Assembly (NCBI RefSeq): GCF_018977255.1
Contig: NW_024704742.1
Location: forward strand, 78,370,001 to 78,434,000
Direction of reading: 5' to 3'
Length of the DNA stretch: 64,000 nt
From: Callorhinchus milii
Taxonomy: Eukaryota
A program made the position numbers and the translations under genes. This document shows, piece by piece, positions 39,830 to 51,961 of this stretch. Position 1 is the first letter of the stretch. Every line of letters starts with the position of its first letter. Under the pieces are notes generated by a model. That model had not been told where the DNA came from, did no database searches, and saw only the letters and a program-made list of their open reading frames with translations.

Positions 39830-40050
39830 CAAAGCGTTTCACAGAATATACTGTAAAGTGAATTGACTATACTTTGTGGGTGAAACATGCAGCCAATTGA
39901 ATTACCCCGGGAAACGCAATCCGCCAATTGACTAACAACTGGGTTCCTACTGATAGGCGTGTGGAGTAAGTAAACTTGCCCAACATTTTGCCCTGCCGGG
40001 AATACAACTCAGGTCTCTCTCTTGCTCTAATCACTGAGATACAGGTCTCC
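39830..40050 (-). mobile_element. tRNA-Ala-derived SINE, partial
   Basis: ccgccaattgactaacaactgggttcctac ... gtggagtaag ... cactgagatacaggtctcc. Confidence 0.7.
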
Positions 40051-40789
40051 TATTTGTTCTGTATTTCTGTATAAATAATCCTGTATTTACCTAGAAATAT
40101 ACATTTCATTGGGTTTTATACTTATGATGATGCCACAGCTATACACCTTGTCGATGGGGAACCATTGCTCACTCAACCAGAGTCGGGCCCAAAAAATCTC
40201 ATAAATTGAGGCTTAAGACCATAGTAATAGTCTTTAATTGTCTTACAATTTAAGATCATATTTAAGTTTCCCTCCCTATCCGCTTTGTCTCCTATCCCCA
40301 GCTCTGGTGCGCATCCAACATTGTTAAGAGCTTTGAGACTTCCTCCCGATGTGAACCATGTTTCATTAATGTAAGCTATACTGTGCAGATTTTTTTGGCA
40401 AATTTGAAAATTCAGTCTTAAGTTGAAAACTGGTTCTTTTTAAAACTTGCTGAAAAGCAGCTACCAAAAATGAAACTGAATTTCAGAATTTCCCCGAATT
40501 CTAAATCTTGATCTGTAAATCCAATGGTTCTTTGAAAAAAATTAGGGTATCATGTGAGGAGATAGTTTAGCACATGAATCACTACAGAAGTGGACCTTGT
40601 AATTGGAAGCACTAAGGTTGTTACTTGGTAACAATTTGCCATCAAATGGGCTGAATGGCCTTCTTCCTCCAAACCTTTCTTGTGATCTTGTGGTCTCAGA
40701 TGCTGTCAATGATGGACTAAAATCTTACAACACATAATAGAAGGAGCTTCCTCTGACATTTCATCCTTTAATGGATGCCTCATTAATAA

Positions 40790-40985
40790 AGGGGTTCAAG
40801 ATAGAAGGGTATTTCGAACCCTAGGTTTTATAAATAGGGATGCAGAATATAAAAACAGAGGCAATGTTAAACTTGTATAAATCCTCAGTTAGATCGCAGT
40901 TAGAATATTGTATCCAGTTTTACTTTAGGAAAGACGATAGAGGGGGTACAGAGGAAATTTACTTAGATGATACCAGGGATGAGTG
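40790..40985 (+). mobile_element. CR1 RT fragment
   Basis: LGFINRDAEYKN ... LYKSSVRSQLEYCIQF, as in the CR1 at 9.5 kb. Confidence 0.7.
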
Positions 40986-41106
40986 GTATATGTAACATGT
41001 AGTGACATGCCATTTGTTTTTATTTTTAAAAATCCTACTTTTTGTGAACATGATACTAAATAAAACATCCATCTGCCTGCCAGCCTGCTGCCCGCCCTCC
41101 CATCCT

Positions 41107-41840
41107 GTCAACCAGGCTCAGTTGGTAGTACTCTTGTTTCTGAGTCAATAGGTTGTGGATTCATACTCCACGCCGGAATTTTGAACTCATAGTCTAAGCT
41201 GACACTTCACTGCAGTGCAAGGGCGGTTCTGCAATATTGGAAGTGCTGTCTTTTAGATTAAATGGTAAACTGAGATCCTGTTTGTCTGTTCAGGTGGACT
41301 TTAACAAAACAACAAAATTACATTTATAGTGCGCCTTTCACGTTGGGAGCATGTCCCAAAGCTCTGAACAGTCAGGGGTCGGGACCTGAGCATGGGGGAG
41401 TGGTGATGTAGGGATGAGGGAAGGCAGAGAGGTGGGAGGAAGGCCAAAGGCACGATCAGAGAGAAGGATCTTGAGACCGGCCTTGAAGGAGGCAAGGGAG
41501 GAAGCAAGGCGAAGGGACTTTGGGATGGAGTTCCAGAGTGTGGGGACAGAGAGGCTGAAAGCCCGGCCACCGATGGTAGGGTGGGTCGGTCGGGAGACAT
41601 GGAGCAGATCGGAACAAACCCATAGATATTTAAAAAGAGAAGGGAGTTTCTCTCGGTATTTTGGCCAACAATCTCCCAAATACAATTGGTCATTCACCTC
41701 ATGGCTGTTTGTGGGATACTGCGGTGTGTAAATTGCCTACAGAATACCACTTTGCAATATATCCTGTGAAGTGCTTTGAGACATCCATCTGTTGTGAGTG
41801 GTATCAAATGTAAGGATTATTAATATTATTATTATTATTC
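41107..41840 (+). mobile_element. Deu-domain SINE interrupted by a minus-strand L2 3' end (about 41304-41610)
   Basis: The SINE runs to caggtggactttaa and is followed by a CAA-led L2 tail in reverse. It resumes at gagaagggagtttctc and ends gtaaggattatt. Confidence 0.82.
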
Positions 41841-43160
41841 AGTGCACACACATTGTTTAAATTTTTTATTTATCTTGCTGAAGATGATAGCTCTGGATGA
41901 ATATCTATTGCCCAAGGCCACCATTATTGGAAATACAGTGCACTTTCATTATAACATGGTGTATAGGGATGTACTGAGGAAGCGTGCAACAACTGCAGAA
42001 ACTTATTTACAGAAACTTCATTTAATTAAGAAGTTCAGATGAAGCTACCGCTATCATAAGAAGCTACAATTGAAAACAATGCTGCTCTTTAAAACATTAG
42101 TGTTTTGTCGAGAAATGGAAAGCCCTGCAAAACCAGAGATCTGGAATAATGAACAAGCCCACAGTGAATCCCACATATTGAATGCCAGATGAATGCTTTA
42201 TCCAAGGTCAGAGTACACGAGTGTTATAAATTGACTCTATTAAGTTGGTTTTATTAACAATGAAAATCTCTTTGACTCAATACGTGCCTCAACTTTAAAG
42301 GAGCTTTTTATGTAAAGGAGTATTCAATAACTACGTTACTCAGTCACCTCTGAAATATACAGCACAATCCATTTTTCAAATAACATTAAACACATGCATT
42401 TGTTTGAAATGCTGAGATACTCATTGAGTTAATAATCTCTTTTTGGCAGTAAGTTGCAAGTCAAGATGACTTTTGTAAGGATTTATAAGGCCAGTTTCAT
42501 AGAGTACAGCTGGTTAGAGCCACAATTTGCAGCAGAAATCAATTTTCATAGGAATCAAATTTAAAGTAAATTAAAGCAAGGGAACTTTTTTCCAAAGACA
42601 ATAAATGAGTTCATTTTAGAGATTATAGTAATCAAAGATATGAAAATGAATTTGATCTAAGTGTGTGTGTGTGTGAAGCTGATTAGGTTTCTTCTGAACC
42701 ACAAAGCATAATGAGCATAATAGATATCAATTAGAGGAATCAATGCAGATCATAACAGCAGCATAAGTGAAATTGTTTCATTTCCGGAGGTTATTTGGTG
42801 AAGAATTATATTTTGAAAGTGTGCATTGATGGCAGAATTCAATCAGTGTGCATGACCGGCTCAGCAAGCAATAGAGCTCAGAACCAGCAATCTTCAGCAA
42901 ATTGTGTCTGTACTACTGCTGCGTGACACTTTTTTTTATTAATTCCACTTAAGCCATGTCCCTTCTTATTTTTACTGTTCAAATACTCCTCCAGTTCTTG
43001 TCTGAATGATTCTATTGATCCAGTCTCAATAGCCACTTGGATTAATGATCTCATACCCTAACCTTCTGAGGTGAAGCATCATGGGCGAGTAGCTCTTGAC
43101 ACAAGAATAATGGTTTTTGGGAGTATACACTAAGCTGATAAATGTGCATGCAATACTTCA

Positions 43161-43823
43161 GAGTGCTGTAGCTCAGTGGTTAGAGTACTCGCCTCGCAAG
43201 TGAGCGACCTGGGTTCGATTCCCAGCAGGGCGAAATGTTGGGCAAGTTTCCTTATTCCACATGCCTCTGTTTACTTAACAGTAAGTAATAATAATAATAA
43301 TCCTAGCATTTGATTTAACACCTTATCATGTCTTCGAGACGTCTTAAAGTGCTTCACAGGACACTCTGTAAAGTGAATTGACTATATATTTGTGGATGAA
43401 ACGCGGCAGCCTATTTCTGCAAACAGTCGTGGATTGAGTGACCAAATTATTATTATTTTTTAAAGGATTATTATCCTTGGAAAAGCGATCCAGCAATCAA
43501 CTAATAACTGGGTTCTTACTTACTACTAGGTAAACAGAGGTATGTGGAGTAAGCAAACTTGCCAAATATTTTGCCCTGCCGGGAATCATACCCTGGTTTT
43601 TCACTTGCAAGGCGAGTGCTTTAACCACTGAGCTACAGGACTCCAAAATAATAAGAAATGGTCACTCAATCCACAACTGTGCGTGGGAACTGCTGAGCGC
43701 AATTATCTGCTGGATTTCGCCCACAAAATATAGTCAATTCACTTCACAGTGCATTCTGTGAAGCGTTTTGAGATGTCTCGAAGATGTGATCAGGTGCTAT
43801 ATCAAATGCAAGGATTACTATTA
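43161..43823. mobile_element. Nested tRNA-Ala SINEs: plus copy (43161-43286 and 43645-43823) interrupted by a full minus copy (43287-43644)
   Basis: The plus head gtagctcagtggttagagtactcgcctcgcaag stops at gtaagta. A complete reverse copy follows, then the plus 3' half resumes (ggtcactcaatccac ... aaatgcaaggattac). Confidence 0.85.
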
Positions 43824-45584
43824 TATTCATCACTGTACTCAATAAGTGCGCATGTGGTGACAGGTCAAGATTACGTTTTTCGTGAGTCAATGCATCTTGA
43901 CCCGTTCCCGTATGTGCAGTTACAGGCAAGCACTGGAACTGTATTGAATGGCGGGAAATGAAGTTCTTCTGCACACATGGCAACAGGCCAGGACTAGGTT
44001 TTCCCGCGATTCAATGTAGCTGGTAAGTGTGCATGCGTTGATGGATCAAGCATCACTTCCCACGAATTGGGAAAAGGAATGTGCAACAGGTAGCTGTGTT
44101 CTGTGAGAAGTAAGACAAAGAAGTGGTTCCTGTATATGTTAATTGGGTCGCCTTGCAAAACATTCAAATGAGATGGTCATTGTTAGGTAAGGAGTAAAAA
44201 CAAGAAAATGGTATCTGTGAGCCAAACCAGATGATCTTGAAAATCATGAAAACTTGTTTGATCCTGTGTTTAAATACAGAGCAGCAACTAGCTTGAAGTA
44301 GGAACAGACCCGGGAAGAAACAAAAGAGACTATTAAGGAGAAAACTCCTGCAACTGTATAATCTCTTCTCTGATCAGTATTTATACTTTCTCATGCATTC
44401 CTCCATATAAAGATTGAATAGTTAATTTTCACCTGTCTGTGTAAGCTTGATTGTCTCGGGGTCCTAAACCACATAAAGGCTCACAAATTTCTGAGTCAAC
44501 AGTGACAATTTGAGTCAACAGAGTAAAGGCATTCTTCCAACTCACTTGGCTTTTCTTTTCTACAAGTCTGTTTGTCCCAAACTGTTTCGCATTTCGCCCA
44601 AACACATAGTAAATGCACTTTACAGTATATTCTGTGAAGCGCTTTGAGATGTCTGAAGACGTGATAGGCACTATATCAAATGCAAGGATTATTATTATTA
44701 TTAAACTGAAGAATATAGTCTTCCCTATTTTGCTTGTCTTGTTCCCTTCAGAATCTCTATTCTAATCTTAGCACCTCTCAATCTCTTCCACCCCAGTGGA
44801 AAAAGACCTAAATCAGTCCACTTCTCTTCATATCATTGTCTCATATATTAGTCAATCGGTACTGAACCCTCTCCATGAGTAATGCTGATTGATACATGCA
44901 GAACATGAAGCTACATAATGCAAGTGATAAATCAACCACTTCTAACACATTTGGGACCAAAGACATTCAGCATTACGATGACTGATTTCCTTACTTTGTC
45001 CTCACAGATATCCTACGGATATGTACTGGCTGCCTGGCCTAGAGGATCAGCAGATGACGCACTCCTTTGCCAATGCTGTACTTAACCTATGCAATGCTGT
45101 AGTCCATCAAGAGTGAGTTGTTTTTCTCAACCGCTGGAAAAAACAACCATTAATTAGACAAACAATTAGACAAACGAAGATGTTTTTTTTTAAAAGAAAA
45201 TCATTTCCTCTTAATTCCAAAATCAATGGGGTTAGCTGGGAGAACAAAGAAACTGTGGTTCTGTTAATATTTCAGCTTGCTCAATTTGAAACTAATACTG
45301 ATAGAGCAGAAATAAAATACTCAAATTTCAGGGCTAAGTTTACCGCTGCAAAATTAACACCTAACTACTAAAATGAATATAAGCACATCATCTTAAATAA
45401 ATAAATAATTAAATGCATCAGCTATTTAAGCATGTTCCTTTTTCTCTCTGTTTCTCTCTTCATCTCTATTTTTCTCTGCCCTTTCTTCCCTTTTTCTATT
45501 TGTCTGACACTACCCCATGTTTTCTGACCTTTTTGTTCTCCTAGGACTCTTACTTTCAAACGTTCAACTGTTTCTTTATTCTAG

Positions 45585-45886
45585 CCTCACACCATCCCAC
45601 ACTCTGCCCTCCCCACCATCGGTGGTTAGGCTTTCAGCCTTTCTGTCCCCATTCTCTGGAACTCCATCCTGGAGTCCCTTCACATTGCCCCATCCGTTGC
45701 CTCCTTCAAGGTCCACCTCAAGACTTCCTCCTTGACTGCACCTTCAGTCATCTTCACCCCCAACCCCTCTCCCTTCAGCTCCCATCCCCAGCTCAGGTGC
45801 AAAGCCTGGACTGTCCAGCACCTTTGGGACATCCACTCAATATGAAAGGTACCATAGAAATGTAACTCTGTTGTTATTGTTGTTGC
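45585..45886 (+). mobile_element. L2 LINE 3' end
   Basis: ccaccatcggtggttaggctttcagc ... ctctggaactccatcc ... tttgggacatcc and a (TTG)n tail. Confidence 0.75.
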
Positions 45887-47309
45887 CTTCCAGAGAACCT
45901 AACAAACATATTAACGGTTCAATGGCTTTCTTCTTTTTGCCATTTTATTCTTTTTGCTATTTTATTCACTTTGGTACTCGAGTGCTTCATGTTGATTCCA
46001 TTTAACCTTGATCCTGTCTCCGATGATACCTTTCTGGGATTAAGCTTTTTCTTTTCAAAAAAAATTCTTGTTTAAAATCCAGAATTTGTGATTTATAACT
46101 TGTGCTTTAATATAAAAACTTCCTCAGGGTCTGTGTTCTTTAGATATGATTTCTGTGGCGTGGTTCTTACTTTATGAACTTTGTGCCTATAGAAAACTGA
46201 ACCCTTGTTATGAAATGGGAACCTGAGTACAGCAATGCATTCTGTAGTGCCCGGTCTCCACTGTTTAGCTTTCACTGCACAGGAATTACAGTTTAATTAA
46301 GGCCAATCACCTGGCAATGCATTCTCCTCCGTATACACATCATCTTATGTAATCGCTTGACTGTGCCCCTGAAAACGTGCATTTCAGATGTGTTGCCTCT
46401 GTTAACATACAGACACTTTATAATTTTGGTGAAGCATTTGGTGTGGCAGTTCCACGTGTTAAACCTTGTAGAATGAATGACAAATGAGCTAATTCAACTT
46501 CAGTGTTATTTGCCTAGAAAGTACACAGTCACTCCACCTCACAATAAATTCTGTGATTCACTTTCCAATGTCCAATGTCCTCCCAATATGAAGGTGCTGC
46601 ATCAAATGCAACAATCATTATTTTGAGCTGGTTTAGCAAAGGAAAGATAAATATAGCATGAGATCTGAAACAATAAAGCAGATGGGCCAAGAAATGACAG
46701 ATTTTACAATAGAATAATTAATGGCAATGCATATTGGAACAAGAAGCATTAAAGATATGTATAAAATGAAATGTGCCCGGTAGTAGAGATGGAGACGAAA
46801 ATGATTTGGGTATGATCATTGATCATTCGCTGAAGTTGTCCAGTGAATGATCACTCATGTTAACAAAACTACAAAGACCATAGTTATATCTCAAGGGCAT
46901 TTGACTGTGAGATGTATTGTGAACCTTGTATAGATCACTTGTTAAGTCAAATGCAGTATATACATTATTGTGTCTAGTCGTGGACTGTGAACATATCCCC
47001 ATTTTCTCCATTGTCAGATAACCTGCTAACACATACTATCTAGGAAGACATGAGAAGGGGATTTAAACCTAAGCAAACTATTTTGGTCCACTGTCATCTT
47101 GGCAGTGTAATTGGACGACAATGGGGTCTAATTTGTAGCATTCCTTAATAGATTTGCTAATAAGCAAACTTAATTTACTTTCACTATGTATTAAGAGAAG
47201 TTGTGATAATAATAATAATCCTTAAAATTGATGTTGCGGCTCCATGTGGGAGAATGTCTCAAAGTGCTTCACAGGATCTACTGTAAGATGTAGTGCCTTT
47301 GAGGCATAG

Positions 47310-47725
47310 AACCATAAGACATAGAAGAAGGCCATTCTGGCTATTGTAGCCTGTGCTTGCTCTCTGAAAGAACAATCCATTCAGTTTCTGTCTTTTCCCT
47401 GCAATATACTCCTTTTTAGATATCTATCTAGTTCCCTCTTGCAAACTAATATGGATTCTGCCTCAACCACTGTACCCAGGATGGCATGCCACATTCTAAC
47501 AACTTTTTGTATGAATAAACCTTTCTAAGTTCTCCTTTTCCTCCCTTGCTAATAATTAGCTAGTTTTTTATTATTATTATTATTGTTACACCTTCATTAA
47601 TGACCAGTGGAAATACTCTTTCCTTATCGACTCCATCAAAACCCTTCACAATTTTAAAGACCTTTATCAGGTTACCCCTCAATATTCCCTGTACCTGTGA
47701 AAGTAGGCCCACTCTCTGCTCTATA
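47310..47725 (-). mobile_element. CR1 LINE 3' fragment
   Basis: Reverse-complement CR1 3' UTR and late RT (attttaaagacctttatcaggttacccctcaat, i.e. LRGNLIKVFKI on the minus strand). Confidence 0.7.
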
Positions 47726-49589
47726 GGTCAAACCACTCATCCTTGTTATCATGGCTTTCCTCCAGCAACCCCCACCATCTCGTGTGGTGTTCCTCAGCCC
47801 CCCTCAGGAAGGTTTTCAGATGTGACCTGAAGATGGGCAAGGCGGAGGGATTGAGGCTGAGAGTTCCAGAATTCCAGGATGTAGTGGCTGAAGCACACCA
47901 CTGATGGTGGAGTAGAGGGAATGAGGGATTACAGAAGGCTGCAGTCAGCTGAGCTGAGGCAATGGGTAACAAACTGGTGGAATTAAACCTGGTTCTTGTG
48001 TAATATAAAACAATTGTCTCTTTGTAACAGTTAGATTGACAAACAAGGTTTCTTAATAAGAAATCCCAACAGAATGGCTGGAATCTGCTCCTGAACGAGA
48101 CTGCATTGCAGTGACATTCGCACAAATCGATCGGAATATAATTTGAAAGGCTCAGATTCCTGTTAATAAATACCACAAAATAGATCCAGGGTTTTCAGGA
48201 ACGAAAAAAAGTCCAAAAAAATCGTACTGTTGCAAAAAATTCTGACTAATTTGAGCATTTGAAACACCCTTTTGTGCAGTTATATCCAATTTGATATTCT
48301 GAATATTTTCCATTAAACAGTGAGTCCTGGTTACACAATGAGAGGGGAGGTCCTGATTTGAAAAAGTTACTGACCTGAAGGTGTGAAGGAGTTATATCAA
48401 CATGCATGGTTGAGGTTGAATTCAAATCTGTTCTCATGGTCCATCACTAGATCTGGCTATAAGCCTCACTATAAGCTCCTAATTGATGACATTACCCACT
48501 GACAAAGGATCCATTTCCACATTTACCTGGATAACACCCAAATCTACCCCGTTGCCTCCACCCTCAACTCCATGGCTGTTCTGACTGATTGCCTGTCAGA
48601 CATCAAGTGATCCTGTAAGAACTCTAACTTCCTCAAAGTGAATGTCTTGTTCGACCCCCAACTGTCTTTCAAAATCTAACCCAGGCACATTGCCAAATGC
48701 TGCCACTATCTCAGCTGAAGGATGTTAGGTCCATCTGATACAGGACAATTCTTTTAAGTGATTAAACAAGTTCAAATCTTAGTAATTTAGTAAATGTAGG
48801 TATAAGTAACTGACAAGATGAAATCCCTCAACCTAGGTACAATACAATAGAATTTACATTTATGCTGGGAGGAAGTCCCAAACTGCTTGACAATGCTGGA
48901 TGGGCACTCGAGCCGGGGGTGGGAGTTGAAGGGGCAAAGATGACTCAAAGATGAGGGGAGTGAGATCAAGAGGTAGATTTTGAAACAGGTGTTGTAGGAG
49001 AAAGGGAGTCAGAGAGACGCTGAGTGGGATTTCCACAGAGCAGGGACAAAGTGGCTGAAAGACCGCCCGCCGATGGTGGGGCAGATACGATGGGGGATAT
49101 GAAGCAGGGTCGGGTTTGCTACATCGTTAATAGCAAAATATTTTATAATTACTGAGTAGAAAGTGCAGATGAGCTACTCATGGCACTGCCCCTTTCTTTT
49201 ATGTTTACTTTTGAAGAGCCCACATAATAATGGGAGGCAATCCTTTAGCAAGTTCAATTTAAATCTCAAAAGGAGTGAAGTGAGTGCAGTGAACTTTTAT
49301 CTCTTACAGACATGAGATCAGGAAACTCAGATACATCTAAGCAATTCCGATTTCCAAAGGAACTCATGGGGTACCAGATGAGGAGTAGGCACTTAAGCTT
49401 GATTCGAACCTGGCAAATCATTTTGAGTTGCTGAGGAGACAAGTCAATAGCTGTGGACAGACAGGCAAGCAGACAAGCATATGATGTATGAGACATTGAT
49501 GGATAATGCTTCGCAACCCCTTCAGCTTCTATTCGAGTGGCAATGTTAAAAATAAAAATGATCACAGCCAAAATGAAATGTAGTATACG

Positions 49590-49965
49590 AAATAGAGGAC
49601 ATTGTAGCCTGCAGGATGTAACACAGAGGAGATAACATAGACAAAGTAGTAAGGAGGACGTGGAACAGTGTTTAGCAGCCTAGAGGCTCTAACTTATATA
49701 GCATCAAGGACTTTGTGTCGAAGTCATAATGTAGAATTTAGAGTGCAGAGGTCATAATATAGAGGACATACATGTCAAATCACACCATTGTTTATGGCTC
49801 TGAGCAGCAACCGCACGTGAATGGCGCTATATAAATTACAATTGTTGTTGTTGTCGACATAACATAGAAGAAGTAGCTTAGAACTCATAACATAGAGGAC
49901 ACTGTGCGGTGAACACAACAAGGAGGACGTAACTTAGAGGGTGTAGTCTAGATGACGTAGCTTAA
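49590..49965. repeat. Degenerate short-unit minisatellite (agaggacrtaaca-like)
   Basis: Recurrent agaggac/aggaggacgt/taacatag motifs at short spacing. Confidence 0.5.
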
Positions 49966-50814
49966 CAAGTTCATGAGAGCTGCTATTTTGCTTCTCCATC
50001 TAATCAATGTAAGCTATTCTCTTGTATCTCCTGACAGCCAGCAGTAAGATACGCCACAGGAAGTCGTTTGGAGCACAGAGCTCTCTTAGGGTATATAGTA
50101 TACAGTGTAGGAAAAGGACTGGATCAAGTATGAGGTGGTGGATGAAATTCAATTAAAATTATGCTAATTGATGCTGGTTAATGGAGACATGGCTATCAAT
50201 GATATTGCCTTTCTCAAAAAACAATCAACTCCCACTGTGTTTAAACCAATGCAAATAGATTTTGGTTCATGTGGGGATCTGGTTTCCATGAGCACATCAA
50301 AGTTAACAGGTTTTGAAAGCATTTGAGCAGTATGGATCTGCTTAAGGTCAATGTTAGATGTGCCTTTTCTTTTCTTATTCCCATGGGCTACTTGAATTAA
50401 TTTAATTTTCTACTGACTAGTTCTATTTGCCATCATCAAACTATTGACCTGCTGGGAACACTGCTGCTAGTTGACTTTTGCAACTGAGCTTGCCTTTATT
50501 TCTAACAACGTGTGAGATGTTCGTACTGTTACATCTACACTTGTATTACAGTTTGTTTTCCTGCACCAAGCCATTCTATTTGACTTGGTTTATTGTTTTT
50601 CCTGACTCCAAATTTAAATAGTAAAGTGTGTTAAATGATGACTGCCACAGAAGGCAGAATCAATTGAGCTGGTTGAAAAGGAAATAGATAGATACTCAAA
50701 AAGTATTAAGATGTGTGGAGGAAAGCTGGATAATGGGATTAAAAGACATACCATGATCCAATACACTGACTGAACAGGTTTGACAGCAATAGCAACAACA
50801 ACACATTGGACAGA

Positions 50815-51150
50815 TTAGGTTGGTGTTAAGAGGTCGCAGAGATAGAGAGGAGCACAACCATGGAGGTCTTTAAAAGTGAGGACGAGGATTTTATACTCGT
50901 TCCTCTGAGGGATGGGGACCCAGTGGAACTGGCCGAGGATGGGGTTGATCGGTTCACAGAGCTTAGTATGGGAGAGGAGTCGAGCTACAGAGTTCTGTAT
51001 AATCTGCATCCTGCGGAGGGAAGAATTGGGGAATCCGGCAGCAGGGATTATGCAAAATCGAGCCAGACATGACAAATGCATGATTGAGGATCTCAGGATC
51101 CTTGGGGAAAAGGAAGTGGTGGAAGCAGGCAATGTTGCGGATGTGGGGGA
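50815..51150 (-). mobile_element. L2 LINE ORF2 C-terminal fragment
   Basis: Minus ORF contains QIIQNSVARLL and HWVPIPQRNEYKILVLTFKDLHG. Confidence 0.85.
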
Positions 51151-51961
51151 ATTCAGAATAGAATGGAATATAACATCATTTCAGATGTAACTCAATCTGA
51201 CCATTGGATTCGGTCTTGAAAGGCGCTAAACAAATGTAAACTTGTTGTTGTTGCCTTGTCAAGTTAAGGTTAGTCAGGGAGCTGGGAGGGAATTGACTGA
51301 TGTTACGAACAAGAAAGGTCCATCTAGCCCACCCTGATTGCCCCATCCTTAAGTATGTGTTTGGAGCCTTCACAGACCAGTTTATTTCCCTCCTGCCCCA
51401 CTGCCATTCAATGACACACAAACTACTTTGTTGCCATGTGCCAATCTCAGGCTGTTTTACCACCCCCTGAATCACAAATCTTCAATTCCTTTTGTTTGAA
51501 TAATCCAGTTAATACATGATTCAGCAAGTTCATCTTTTGGTCATCCAGGAAAGACTCAGATGTGATCAAGGGAATAAGCACAAAATCCATTATTATTCAA
51601 ATATTGCGGAAATAGTACTGAGCATTTCCTTAGGTTCTGCTCATTTACCTTACATCAGCTAAAATGTTTGTAATCGCCAAAACTGTCCAATTTACCTATC
51701 CTAGTTCAAAAAAGTATGTGCGAGTTTCAGATCCAAAGCACAAACAACTTTGATTTCTGTTTAAGACTGGATCTATTCAGTCATTCTCGTACCTCAATGT
51801 TTAATCCCTTCAAGTAAAAATCTTTGGCAGCATTCCATTGTATAGCATTGGTAAATGAAAGATTATGTACATTTTGAATGCTGAATGTTTTTAGAGTAGA
51901 ATAACCTTCAGGCAATTCCAATGAGAGACACCGCATTGGCTTGTCCTCAGTGACTGGATGA

